Positions 10,901-18,063 of a stretch of 64,000 nucleotides of DNA are shown in pieces. Position 1 is the stretch's first letter, and each line of letters begins with the position of its first letter. The stretch lies in assembly GCA_030690415.1 (NCBI GenBank), contig JAUYGZ010000012.1, positions 19,325 to 83,324 on the forward strand. The letters are read 5' to 3'. A program made the translations under genes and the position numbers. The DNA comes from a bacterium. GTDB taxonomy: Bacteria > Patescibacteriota > Gracilibacteria > JAUYGZ01. The notes under the pieces are model-generated. The model saw only the letters and a program-made list of their open reading frames with translations. It ran no database searches and was not told the origin of the DNA.

Positions 10901-11229
10901 TCGAATCCCTGAGTAACACAGGTTTGACTATTCAAATTCACGCTATCGCAAGCTTCAGACACTTCCAAAACGGCATTTCCACACTGTGGCCCCAATCCGC
11001 AGAGCACAGCCGGCTGAAGAGAAAATGATCCCGAAGTCCCGATAGAACCAACAGGCGAAATCTGAGAACAAAGACTGTACCCGGAAGATGAAGAGTCCGC
11101 TGCGGGATTAAGATCTCCCTGAAACTGAAAAGAAGGGCTGGACGCCGCAAAAGTCTGCGCAAATGAAAAACCCAGTAGTATTACCAGGAGAAGCCCCTTA
11201 TACCCAATTGCTGTCATTAAAGATTTCAT
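4936..11229 (-). CDS. Giant (2097 aa) surface protein: signal peptide, 3 cysteine-rich repeats, Gly14, Pro-rich linker, internal TM hairpin, about 1500 aa of tail-fibre-like repeat modules
   Basis: ORF track, ATG confirmed at 11229. N-terminus is MKSLMTAIGYKGLLLVILLGFSFAQTFA. Amino acids 83-213 carry three CGN...(E/D).GE.CD.GN...GDGC..(S/F)C repeats, the Myxococcus-type cysteine-rich repeat/DUF4215 pattern. The Gly14 run is at nt 10789..10830. Two hydrophobic helices lie at aa ~507-557. Repeated motifs include PDAT.TT.G.VELATDGE, DP...QDAATK.YVD, TLQFGQN and NP..C..GD.F(F/Y)N..D..L..C. Confidence 0.95.
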   Translation of the reverse strand: MKSLMTAIGYKGLLLVILLGFSFAQTFAASSPSFQFQGDLNPAADSSSSGYSLCSQISPVGSIGTSGSFSLQPAVLCGLGPQCGNAVLEVSEACDSVNLNSQTCVTQGFDSGILGCSASCTFDTSACVTTPVVGGGGGGGGGGGGGGVYGSSCGNTSLDFGEDCDDGNRLNGDGCDAFCQDEVPVCGNARMEIGEQCDDGNTRSGDGCSRSCVIETLRPTAPTVPFAPSAPAQVIVPSAQTSHSLQTYLPAQIVTSQTAPSPTPEPFSGEATFPPFLPTDFDGEPTTVTNDSQPLFSFSVPGVSVVRLSDGVREYEVKLFNSRPDGTVTFQPKESLPDGKYVARLRTDDDQTLLIEHFSVESGLLIDNPQVLSVDELDDTFFSQSVYSEGSVMTVLTDVPQIRLLALSAKELIVMSARLEQAIVLTPHADGTFDYSYPESLVHGDVLKIVAVYGGRVLSLSKGTFLTLLRPGFSEGDIRQELESSLLALQFFAPDEIASEISYNIWGGTLFWVYLSLIAALLLTILLVLRRFGVLRDVLLGLLLGALVIVLSYCFVLRVQAAPTTPTIMPYEGILKNASGHALTTAHTFRFSIWSDADWDAPADFDGTGDIPGGAPGFSSYEEEQTVTPNTNGYFQVNIGTVTPIPDFNSSVHFYLQVEVKADGAADTSYELLDVDGTANATDRVALGTLPYARSADLLDGADVGTSDGNLVILGAGGLFPVTVIPGATNAESFVIDNDDTGVGDVILQFGATLSKTLLYSQSNSRFQFNDDLSVEGDFSAGSVNFSETTSFRIREDSDPATNVSCSTLGELIVDTTDVEIQVCTGIGVAGAAVWTPVSTSSDADTLDTLDSSQFLRTDQSDSVTSGTLTLAVGTTLDGEGSIDLSAATRLALPSGASNPVSCTPGDVFFNTGDTFLWACSAADTWTIVRDGGNATTLDGADIGVSDGNVVILGVGDVFPTSVIPGGTNQDLFIINTDGDDAILQFGQNSGGQISFSDTGNTFDFDSNRLINLLDPSSAQDAATKKYVDDFVNGLSWRDPVETVNQLVDGGTGVGGVRGGGRITVTDESLVLEDDTITIVHHAGAMTTILTAKDSPTPASCEFKSGVAAATNADLATSIIDVLVACVGLSNFSSYSESSSAQVFLVHDDVGTNGNGTVTMSGLGFTSNNLTQGRDFADLVQNETRITQGTQVTYTWNSDNTEWVQITGVGAIPDATETTSGVVELGTDGETSSGVVVQGNDSRLHTQNTDAGTTQDPFILNSDGTNATLQFGQNTDGQILYSDSSDTFDFDANRLVNVTDPSGSQDAATKNYVDNLAAGLQWKQPFLHTNQLLSGGSGGIRAGGSLTISNETIVLEDDTLTLSYNFGGSSFILTAKDAPTASSCEFKSGATATDNADLASSVFDALAACAPAADFDGQSVLNSAELIMIHDSVGEVGNGTITASGSGFTIVNPQYGTAYADIAVNETRLDLFSGITYSFNASDVWVQITLAAVPDATITTKGKVELATDGEVLSGVAVQGNDSRLHTQNTDTGTSTNTFVLDDDDTGGDITFQFGQTLAESLTWDDANSRFTLTDDLRVQGNLEAAGQGSIAESLTGSDSNGVLNLGRNSSSWETLTWNDSNDQFELSDDLSITGSLSTSGNVTVNSILDANGQVTLGDNGDSVAIDSSIWDISSAGVASGFTGLSSTGAINFSNASSFRIRENTDPAANSACITIGELILDTTDSQVQVCTATGIAGAATWLAVSTDDADTLDTLDSSQFLRSDTSDSLSSGTLTLAVGTTIDADGAVDFSGATRLALQQGSSNPGTCAEGDLFYNSTDKLLRVCTVADTWTAVDTDTDTDTTNSLDLAYTQGQSIDVDSAGALVFDLTSTQDFVIQDNGTPFATFTNTGDLDLANNLTVGSNSETISDAGFTLDGDDAFISGSLGVEGVIYTDDTQSKYLWLDIEGGVRSSASLGNKIGGRIPVLRLDATGDSTVRWSFPVPDDWVAGTDISVEIFWSPSNTNTDDVQWDIEYACIPEDHTIVGGDFSALTPTEAANGTTNQLQRETFVLSNADLTADEIVFFKLNRDGANVADTYTGFVDISKIRIQYTGKKLR

Positions 11230-11523
11230 TTGATTTTGATTTTGGTACTTTTTGCTTCTTTTGAGCGAATGAAAGTGAAAGTGAAAGGAAGATGAGAATC
11301 ACCTTTTTGAGCAGCCTCATAGCCAGACTTTCATATCATTATAGCAGATATTCAGGCCTTTTTGAAGACCTATAAGGAAGCTGAAGAGAGATTAAACTTG
11401 ACGCATTTCCAAATTAATGAATTATTTATTCGATGCTGTCATGGCGAGGAGGTACAGCGAAAATCATTCCCAAAATCTCTCCCCTGTGGTAAAAGGAAAA
11501 TACTACTTAATGATTGATCTCCC

Positions 11524-12501
11524 ATGAAAAGATTTTTCTCCCTTATCATCCTGAGCGTACTTTTAGTCTTCTTCACTGCTCCTCACGCCTCAGCAACGAG
11601 CTATTCCGACGTCCCTCAAAGCCACCCCCACTTTGTCGCCATAAATTACCTAAGTGATGCAGGTGTCCTACAAGGATACGAAGGAGGTCTTTTCAAACCC
11701 GACCAACTCATCAATCGAGTCGAAGTGCTGAAAGTGATCCTGGTCCATGCCGGAGTCAAATTCCTCGAAGATGGACCCGACCAGGTCTTCAGTGATGTGG
11801 CCAAAAACCAATGGTTTGGGCTCATCGTCGCCACGGCGAAGGGACTCGGCATCGTCAATGGACATCCCGACGGCAGCTTCACACCCGCTACAAATGTCAG
11901 AAGAGCCGAGTTTATGAAGATGATGCTGGAAACAAACCATTTTAAAAAAACTCAATGGGCCGATCAGCAACTCTTCACGGATGTTCCCAAGGAGGAATGG
12001 CATGCGCCGTACATGAACTACGCCGGAAAATCTGGACTCATCAACACGGACTCAAATGGAAAACTCTATCCTTCAAAAGAACTGACCAGAGACGAAGTCG
12101 CTGAAATGCTTTACCTGATGAGGGTCATTCTAAAAGGAGGGGATACCCAGTTTTTGCTTAGTCAAGGCGAGGCTCAAATGGCACAAATCGAAACCTACAT
12201 CAGTGCCAAAAATGTCGCGGCAGCTAAAAGAGCTGCTGAACTGGCGCTCAACATGACTCAAAAAGCAGTGTTAAATGTCCCCAACAATACTGTTGCCCTA
12301 GGAGCTGAAAAACTTGCGGATTCCTATAATCTCCTGGTGGACTCATACATCGCAGCAACACAAAAAGACAAAGAGAAAGCCACCTCACTCGCTAATCAAT
12401 CGAAAGAAATGGCTACCACAGCCTGGGAAATCAACAATGATATTCAGCTCCTCGCCAGACACATCAAAGACCGGGCGGATGAGATCCTGGCACAGCTGTG
12501 A
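11524..12501 (+). CDS. Secreted SLH-domain (S-layer homology) protein with C-terminal helical domain
   Basis: ATG at 11524. Signal peptide is MKRFFSLIILSVLLVFFTAPHASA. SLH-like repeats include YSDVPQSHPHFVAINYLSDAGVLQGY..F.P...INRVEVLKVIL and FSDVAKNQWFGLIVATAKGLGIVNGHPDGSFTPATNVRRAEFMKMML. Confidence 0.8.
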   Translation: MKRFFSLIILSVLLVFFTAPHASATSYSDVPQSHPHFVAINYLSDAGVLQGYEGGLFKPDQLINRVEVLKVILVHAGVKFLEDGPDQVFSDVAKNQWFGLIVATAKGLGIVNGHPDGSFTPATNVRRAEFMKMMLETNHFKKTQWADQQLFTDVPKEEWHAPYMNYAGKSGLINTDSNGKLYPSKELTRDEVAEMLYLMRVILKGGDTQFLLSQGEAQMAQIETYISAKNVAAAKRAAELALNMTQKAVLNVPNNTVALGAEKLADSYNLLVDSYIAATQKDKEKATSLANQSKEMATTAWEINNDIQLLARHIKDRADEILAQL

Positions 12502-12505
12502 GAAG

Positions 12506-12537
12506 AACCCCTAGCCCCTTTTAAGGGGTTAGGGGTT
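12506..12537. terminator. Long GC-rich palindrome between convergent genes (terminator-like; GC hairpin family)
   Basis: aacccctagcccctt / aaggggttaggggtt gives 15-nt arms with 1 mismatch around tt. It lies between the stops at 12501 (+) and 12559 (-). No clear U-run on either side. Confidence 0.4.
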
Positions 12538-12558
12538 TCCGAAAAGTGGATTAGGGGT

Positions 12559-14679
12559 TCATGACAACTTCTCAAGCAATCCAAGATTAATCCTCCCCAT
12601 TTCGTCGATCGCCAGAACTTTCACCTTCACCCTATTACCCATCTGGACGACGTCCGTTACGGCATTGACTCGTTCCGTTCGAGAAAGCTTGGAAATATGA
12701 ATCAATCCATCCTTCCCCCCTGGGATATTGACAAAAGCTCCGAAATCCATAATTCTATTCACTTCTCCCACCAGCTCATCACCTTCCTTTGCGATATAAG
12801 TCTGTTCCAAAATCATGGCCTTGGCTTTTTCTCCGGCTTCATGGTTGGGAGCCGTCACAAAAATCATCCCTGAATCATCTATATCGATCTCAGCACCGGA
12901 TTCAGCAGTAATCTTTTGAATGGTCTCACCACCCTTCCCAATCACCAGTCGAATCATCTCGGGATCGATTTGAATCGTCTCAATAGAAGGCGCCGTCGGA
13001 GAAAGCTCAGGACGTGGTACACTAATAACCTTCGCCATTTCAGTGGCAATAAAATCCCGGCCGATTTTCGCCTTTGCGAAAGCCTCCTTCATCCGTTCAA
13101 CAGAAATTCCGGAAACTTTGATATCCATCTGAAGCGCGGTAATCCCCTTTTCCGTTGAAGCGTACTTCAGATCCATATCCCCCGCAAAATCCTCCATTCC
13201 CTGAATATCCGTTAGAAGACGGTATTGCCCGGATTCATCATCCGTGACCATCCCCATGGCGATACCCACGACCGGTGCTTCGATCGGAACTCCTCCTGCC
13301 ATAAGCGCAAGACTCGAACCACAGACCGAACCCATAGAGCTGGACCCATTGCAGGCCAGGACTTCGGAAACCACCCTCATGGTATAGGGAAAGTCTTCCT
13401 TTTTTGGGAGAACAGGAACCAATGCCCGCTCCGCCAAAAACCCATGACCGATTTCACGACGTCCTACTCCCCTATTTCCCTTGGCTTCACCGACGGAATA
13501 GCCGGGAAAATTGTAATGGTGAAAATAACTCTTTTTGTAATCATGATCCATCAGATCAATGATCTGAGAAGCCCCCGGTCCTGCCAGAGTAATAACGGAA
13601 AGAATCTGGGTCTCTCCCCGCTGAAAAATGGCTGATCCATGTGGACGGGGAAGCGGATCCAGCATCACAGAAACCGGTCTCACCTCATCCTCAGTCCTCC
13701 CATCAAGACGCTTTCCCTTTTCCAAAATATTCTTTCTCATATACTTCTTGAAGATTTTGTCAACAGATTCTTCCACATTTTTCCTGGTCCAGTGACTAAA
13801 AGCTTCATCTTTGCTCTCGATCTTCTCGGCATGCGCTTTCAAAACAGAATCTACTAAAGCATGCAGTGCCTTGTAGACCCCCGGCTTGGAATCCTGATAA
13901 AGACCATCGAGTTGCTCAGCAGTAATCATCTCCTGAAGCTCAATGTAGAGAGTCTCATCCGGCAAGTTGAGGACCAATTCATGACCAAGCTCGCGTCCCG
14001 CCTTTTTCCTCAGCTCCTCCTGCAGAGCACAGAGTTTTTTGATCTCGTCATGAGCAAGCTGAATCGCCGCAATCATCTGATCATCGGTTATTTGCTTTGC
14101 ACCGGCTTCTACCATGGTCACGGCAGCATCCGTCCCTGCGACCACCAGATCCAGATCGCCATCTTCTATCTGCTGATACGTCGGATTGACAATCAGTTCT
14201 CCATTCATCATACCAATGCGAACCGCTGCTACGGGAGCCATAATGGGAAAACCACCCACAACGAGAGACGCGGAAGCCGCAGTAATCGCGTGGGGTCCGG
14301 GATCCGTCACGCCATCGGATGACAAAACGGAAACAGAGATCACGACATCATTTGTCGTTCCCTTGGGGAAAAGAGGACGAATAGGACGATCAATCATACG
14401 GGCCTTGAGAATGCACTCCTCAGGAGGACGTCCTTCACGCTTGATAAAACGACTTCCTTTGATCTTTCCTGCCGCGTAGAGTTTTTCTTCGTAATCGACA
14501 AGCAAGGGAAAAAAATCCCCACCTTCACGGGGAGCGCCCATCGTGGACGCGGAAAGAATCACCACATCACCGAGACGCAATACCACCGCGCCATCGGCCT
14601 GCATGGCCATCTGACCTGAAGAAAGAGAGAGAGCTGATCCGGAAAGGGTTCCGGTGACCTCATGGAGAGTTGAACTCAT
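12559..14679 (-). CDS. pnp: Polyribonucleotide nucleotidyltransferase (PNPase)
   Basis: 706 aa. Two RNase PH-like halves (FPLLVDYEEKLYAAGKIKGSRFIKREGRP; NGSSSMGSVCGSSLALMAGGVP) followed by C-terminal KH and S1 segments. Sits downstream of rpsO as in the classical rpsO-pnp operon. Confidence 0.97.
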   Translation of the reverse strand: MSSTLHEVTGTLSGSALSLSSGQMAMQADGAVVLRLGDVVILSASTMGAPREGGDFFPLLVDYEEKLYAAGKIKGSRFIKREGRPPEECILKARMIDRPIRPLFPKGTTNDVVISVSVLSSDGVTDPGPHAITAASASLVVGGFPIMAPVAAVRIGMMNGELIVNPTYQQIEDGDLDLVVAGTDAAVTMVEAGAKQITDDQMIAAIQLAHDEIKKLCALQEELRKKAGRELGHELVLNLPDETLYIELQEMITAEQLDGLYQDSKPGVYKALHALVDSVLKAHAEKIESKDEAFSHWTRKNVEESVDKIFKKYMRKNILEKGKRLDGRTEDEVRPVSVMLDPLPRPHGSAIFQRGETQILSVITLAGPGASQIIDLMDHDYKKSYFHHYNFPGYSVGEAKGNRGVGRREIGHGFLAERALVPVLPKKEDFPYTMRVVSEVLACNGSSSMGSVCGSSLALMAGGVPIEAPVVGIAMGMVTDDESGQYRLLTDIQGMEDFAGDMDLKYASTEKGITALQMDIKVSGISVERMKEAFAKAKIGRDFIATEMAKVISVPRPELSPTAPSIETIQIDPEMIRLVIGKGGETIQKITAESGAEIDIDDSGMIFVTAPNHEAGEKAKAMILEQTYIAKEGDELVGEVNRIMDFGAFVNIPGGKDGLIHISKLSRTERVNAVTDVVQMGNRVKVKVLAIDEMGRINLGLLEKLS

Positions 14680-14684
14680 AAAGA

Positions 14685-14721
14685 AACAAACTGAAAAAAT
14701 AAGAAAGAGCTTCAGTTTGTT
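14685..14721 (-). promoter_or_regulatory. 11-bp stem hairpin in the pnp 5' leader, immediately upstream of the start codon
   Basis: aacaaactgaa ... ttcagtttgtt read directly, ending 6 nt before the pnp ATG. Its position recalls the RNase III-processed autoregulatory leader hairpin of E. coli pnp, by analogy only. Confidence 0.35.
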
Positions 14722-14821
14722 GCCCGTGGAGTTGCAAGTGTTGAAGCTGAGAGAAACTCAGATCCTGCACTTGAAACTACGAGCGGACAAACCGACACAA
14801 TGGATTGTAATGGAAGGAAAT

Positions 14822-14849
14822 AAAAAAAAGAAGGTCATTTCTGACCTTC
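14822..14849 (-). terminator. Rho-independent terminator/attenuator after rpsO
   Basis: On the minus strand, gaaggtca-gaaa-tgaccttc (8-bp stem) is followed by a T8 run, 7 nt after the rpsO stop. Confidence 0.7.
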
Positions 14850-14855
14850 TCCTAA

Positions 14856-15302
14856 TTATTTTCGAATGTTGAGCTTCCTCGTAATCTCTTCGTAGAGATC
14901 CTTATCTTTTCCCTGAACATAGCGAAGCAAACGTCGTCGTTTACCAACCATCAGAAGCAATCCTCTTCGGGAGTGAGTATCTTTCTTGTGAGACTGAAGA
15001 TGATTGGTCAGTGAATTAATCTTATCAGTGAGCAGAGCGATCTGAACACGAGGAGACCCCGTATCCTTTTTGTGCTGCTGAAACTCGGCAATCACTTCCT
15101 TTTTAGGCTGTCGGGCAATCGCCTGAGATTTCTTCACAACCGCCGTCTCCTTTTTGACCAACTTTTTCGGAGTTGCCTTCTTGGGAGGAGTAGCCTTTTT
15201 GCTTGAAGCGGACGACTTCGCTGTCTTTACGGTCTTGGAGGCCTTTGAAGCCTTAGAAGCAACAACTTTCTTTTTGACGGGAGTCTTTTTTGCGGTGGCC
15301 AT
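14856..15302 (-). CDS. rpsO: 30S ribosomal protein S15 with a ~60-aa Lys/Ala/Ser/Pro-rich N-terminal extension
   Basis: The C-terminal ~88 aa match the S15 pattern ([49 protein letters not shown]). The N-terminus is [54 protein letters not shown] confirmed at 15302. Confidence 0.95.
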   Translation of the reverse strand: MATAKKTPVKKKVVASKASKASKTVKTAKSSASSKKATPPKKATPKKLVKKETAVVKKSQAIARQPKKEVIAEFQQHKKDTGSPRVQIALLTDKINSLTNHLQSHKKDTHSRRGLLLMVGKRRRLLRYVQGKDKDLYEEITRKLNIRK

Positions 15303-15420
15303 AGATAAGAGTCAGTTAAATTGAGCGAAGAAACCTTAACATAGGATGGTTAATTTGACAAGAAGAGCTTAATTTTTTCAGTCTTGCAAAAGAAGAAAAA
15401 GGGGTTTAACGTTATTTTAG

Positions 15421-15481
15421 AAAAAAGATCTGAAAGTGCAAGGCACTTGAGTAGGAATTGTTTCCCAAGACAGATCTTTTT
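15421..15481 (-). terminator. Terminator-like compound hairpin after the 15482..15844 ORF
   Basis: aaaagatctg/cagatctttt 10-bp outer stem enclosing an agtgc-aag-gcact hairpin, with a T-run on the minus strand directly after the stop. Confidence 0.4.
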
Positions 15482-15844
15482 TCATTTTCGCTCATGTTCA
15501 ATAAAGCAACTATAGACGAAATATCCTTTCGAGCGCTCTTCCACTATAACAACAATATTCCATTGTTTGAGAGTGAGAGATAATCGAAAAAATTGCTTCC
15601 TCCCCATTTTCCTCACCTCAACCAAAGACCCAAATCGAACCACATCTTCAATCAAAAGAATAATCAAGAATCGTTCAATTTGATCATCAATATCTCTCTC
15701 CCGAGCAAAAGTAATGTGATTATAAAAAGACCGGGTAACATGTACGCATATCTCAAGAGCCTCACAATATAAAGGAGATCTTTCTCTCAATATTTGGAAT
15801 GCTTTCTTCGCCGAAAGTTTAATCAAAAGCAGTATCTCTTTCAT
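15482..15844 (-). CDS. Hypothetical protein, DUF4258-like (putative RNase-type toxin fold)
   Basis: 120 aa. The pattern H-ITFA-RERDIDDQIERF ... KQWNIVVIVEERSKGYFVYSCFIE resembles the remembered DUF4258 layout (H..A..R..R.I....I ... hydrophobic strand ... vITvY). Looks AT-rich by eye. Has its own terminator. Confidence 0.35.
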   Translation of the reverse strand: MKEILLLIKLSAKKAFQILRERSPLYCEALEICVHVTRSFYNHITFARERDIDDQIERFLIILLIEDVVRFGSLVEVRKMGRKQFFRLSLTLKQWNIVVIVEERSKGYFVYSCFIEHERK

Positions 15845-15957
15845 TCTTCCCCAAACACAATATTCACCACAAACGCTTATTCAAAAAGAGTATACATATT
15901 TTCATAGGCGGGCAAAGAAAAAGAGAATAGAGTACAGTTGACATGATTTAGAAATCC

Positions 15958-18063
15958 ATGCACTACTATCACACCCTTATCAAGCACCTCCCCCAGCTGC
16001 TGACCTACCAGTCGGAAAGGGCCATTCCGATTGGCAGCCTCATCAGAACCCAACTGGGCAGAAAAGCAGTGAATGGAATCGTCATCCAGGAAATCACCCA
16101 ACCGGAGTTTGAATGCGTCTCTATCGACGAGATCCTCATACTGGAAGCCCTCACCACACTGCACCTGGATCTCTGCAAGTGGATGAGTTCGTACTATTTT
16201 GCCAGTTTAAGTCGATGCATTCAGCTCTTCCTGCCAAGTCCCATCTGGAATCAAAAGCCAAAACTCAAGCTCGATGAACAGAAAATCCCACTCAATCCGG
16301 ATAACACCCATCCCAGCAAAGCTCACCACGATCAGCCACTCACCACGGAACAGCAGCAAGTCCTTTCGATCATATTTCCTAATAATCCTACACAACCCCA
16401 CGCAAACCCTCCCATCTTTCCTCTCCTAACTCCGAACTCCGAACTCCGAACTTCCCCCACCCACTTCCTCCTCCATGGCATCACCGGCTCCGGAAAAACA
16501 GAGATTTACCTCCAGTTGATCAAAAAAAGTATACAGAGAGGAAAACAAAGCCTACTTTTAGTCCCTGAAATAGCCCTTACTACAGAGCTCATCCAATCCT
16601 TCAGTGAACATTTCCCGAATCAAATCAGTATCATTCATTCAAAACGCAGCGATCGGGAACGGATCCAGTCCTGGCACAGAATCCATCAGGGACATACCAA
16701 ACTCATCCTAGGCTCTCGGTCCGCGCTTTTCACCCCATGGAAGGATCTGGATACCATTATTATGGATGAAGAACACGAGTGGACTTACAAACAGGAGTCC
16801 TCTCCCCGATACCATGCCAAAACGGTGGCAGAAAAAATCATGCAGTTGAGAGTTGAGAATTCAGAGTTCAGAGAAAAAGAGAAACCAATACTCTTGCTCG
16901 GTTCAGCTACTCCCTCCATCGAATCCTACTTTCAAGCCACAACTCTCAACTCTCTCCTCGAGCCAGAGCGACCTCGGAGCCGATGGCAACCCTCAACCCT
17001 TAACTATCAACTCCTCACCCTCACCCACCGCGCTAACAATTCAGCCCTCCCTACGGTCACCATCGTCGACCTTCGCGAGGAATACCAGAAAAAAAACTTC
17101 TCCATGTTTTCTGAGGCTCTGCAAGAAGCCATCAAACAGCGCCTCGAAAAAAAAGAACAAATCATCCTCTTTCTGAATAAACGAGGATCCTCCTCCTCTA
17201 TCACCTGTCGCGATTGCGGGTTTACTCCGAAGTGTGAAAACTGTGATATTTGTCTGACCTTTCACGCCAAGCTCAAGGACTTCCAGGACGGTGGACTCAT
17301 CTGTCACTACTGCGGAAGCTATCAGGAAAATCACAGGACCTGCCCCGAATGCCATTCAGCAGCAATCCGGCACCTCGGCACAGGAACCCAAAAGGCGGAA
17401 GAACAGCTCAAACAGCTCTTTCCTGAAGCACGCGTCCTGCGTGCCGACAAGGACACCACAGGAGGCAAGTCGGACTTCGAAGAAATCTATCACAAAATGA
17501 AAGACCAGAAAGCCGACATCCTCCTGGGTACCCAGATAATCGCCAAAGGTCTGGACCTTGAAAACATCACCCTTACGGGGATCCTAATCGCCGACATTGG
17601 GCTCCATATTCCGGATTTTCGAGCCAGTGAACATGTGTTTCAACTCCTGACTCAGGTCGCCGGCCGCAGCGGCCGCCACAAACCCGGAGAAGTCATCATT
17701 CAGACCTATCAACCCTATCACCCGGCTATAATGGCTGCAAAAGAACACGACTATGAAGGCTTTTATAAGAGAGAAATAGCCATTCGTGAACAACATTTGT
17801 ATTCACCGTTTTCAGAGTCAGTCAAGCTCATCTACGCCCACGAAAACGCTAAAAAAGCAGCTGACGAAGCCCTCAAGCTCTATGGTGAATGCTCCGATCT
17901 CAGAAAACACCGGGGAATAATAGTGGATTACTCCCCGAACTATATCCCCAAACTCTACGGTAAGTTCACCTGGAACATCCTCATCCGAGGCTCAGATCCC
18001 CGAAATCTGTTGACTCAATTATCTCTCCCTCCAGGCTGGAAGATTGATGTGGACCCTCGGTAA
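15958..18063 (+). CDS. priA: Primosomal replication-restart helicase PriA
   Basis: 701 aa. Walker A is GITGSGKTEIY, with a DEEHE box. Cys4-type zinc cluster CRDCGFTPKCENCDICLTFH...CHYCGSYQENHRTCPECHS. ATG at 15958. Confidence 0.93.
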   Translation: MHYYHTLIKHLPQLLTYQSERAIPIGSLIRTQLGRKAVNGIVIQEITQPEFECVSIDEILILEALTTLHLDLCKWMSSYYFASLSRCIQLFLPSPIWNQKPKLKLDEQKIPLNPDNTHPSKAHHDQPLTTEQQQVLSIIFPNNPTQPHANPPIFPLLTPNSELRTSPTHFLLHGITGSGKTEIYLQLIKKSIQRGKQSLLLVPEIALTTELIQSFSEHFPNQISIIHSKRSDRERIQSWHRIHQGHTKLILGSRSALFTPWKDLDTIIMDEEHEWTYKQESSPRYHAKTVAEKIMQLRVENSEFREKEKPILLLGSATPSIESYFQATTLNSLLEPERPRSRWQPSTLNYQLLTLTHRANNSALPTVTIVDLREEYQKKNFSMFSEALQEAIKQRLEKKEQIILFLNKRGSSSSITCRDCGFTPKCENCDICLTFHAKLKDFQDGGLICHYCGSYQENHRTCPECHSAAIRHLGTGTQKAEEQLKQLFPEARVLRADKDTTGGKSDFEEIYHKMKDQKADILLGTQIIAKGLDLENITLTGILIADIGLHIPDFRASEHVFQLLTQVAGRSGRHKPGEVIIQTYQPYHPAIMAAKEHDYEGFYKREIAIREQHLYSPFSESVKLIYAHENAKKAADEALKLYGECSDLRKHRGIIVDYSPNYIPKLYGKFTWNILIRGSDPRNLLTQLSLPPGWKIDVDPR
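16428..16452 (+). repeat. Heptanucleotide tandem repeat (aactccg x3 plus partial) inside priA
   Basis: aactccg aactccg aactccg aact read directly. Encodes part of the low-complexity insert PNSELRTSP. Confidence 0.8.

Noticed and set aside
1-11229. Diversity-generating retroelement targeting the giant proteins, or a prophage
   Set aside because: The window holds no reverse transcriptase and no template/variable repeat pair with adenine-specific differences. It also holds no capsid, terminase or tail-tube genes. The similarity between the two giant genes is at the protein-motif level only.
13225-14479. Antisense ORFs of 97-258 aa inside pnp, and likewise inside glyQS (18843..19439), purD (26616..27314), nadB (49616..50392), argS (58537..59181), nadC (52414..52932) and the 50473..52047 gene (51637..52116)
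   Set aside because: Each lies fully within a well-supported conserved gene on the opposite strand. The translations are Arg/Ser/Pro-rich nonsense with no recognisable domains.
15877-16164. 95-aa minus-strand ORF overlapping the priA start
   Set aside because: It is antisense to the conserved priA N-terminus and has no motif support.
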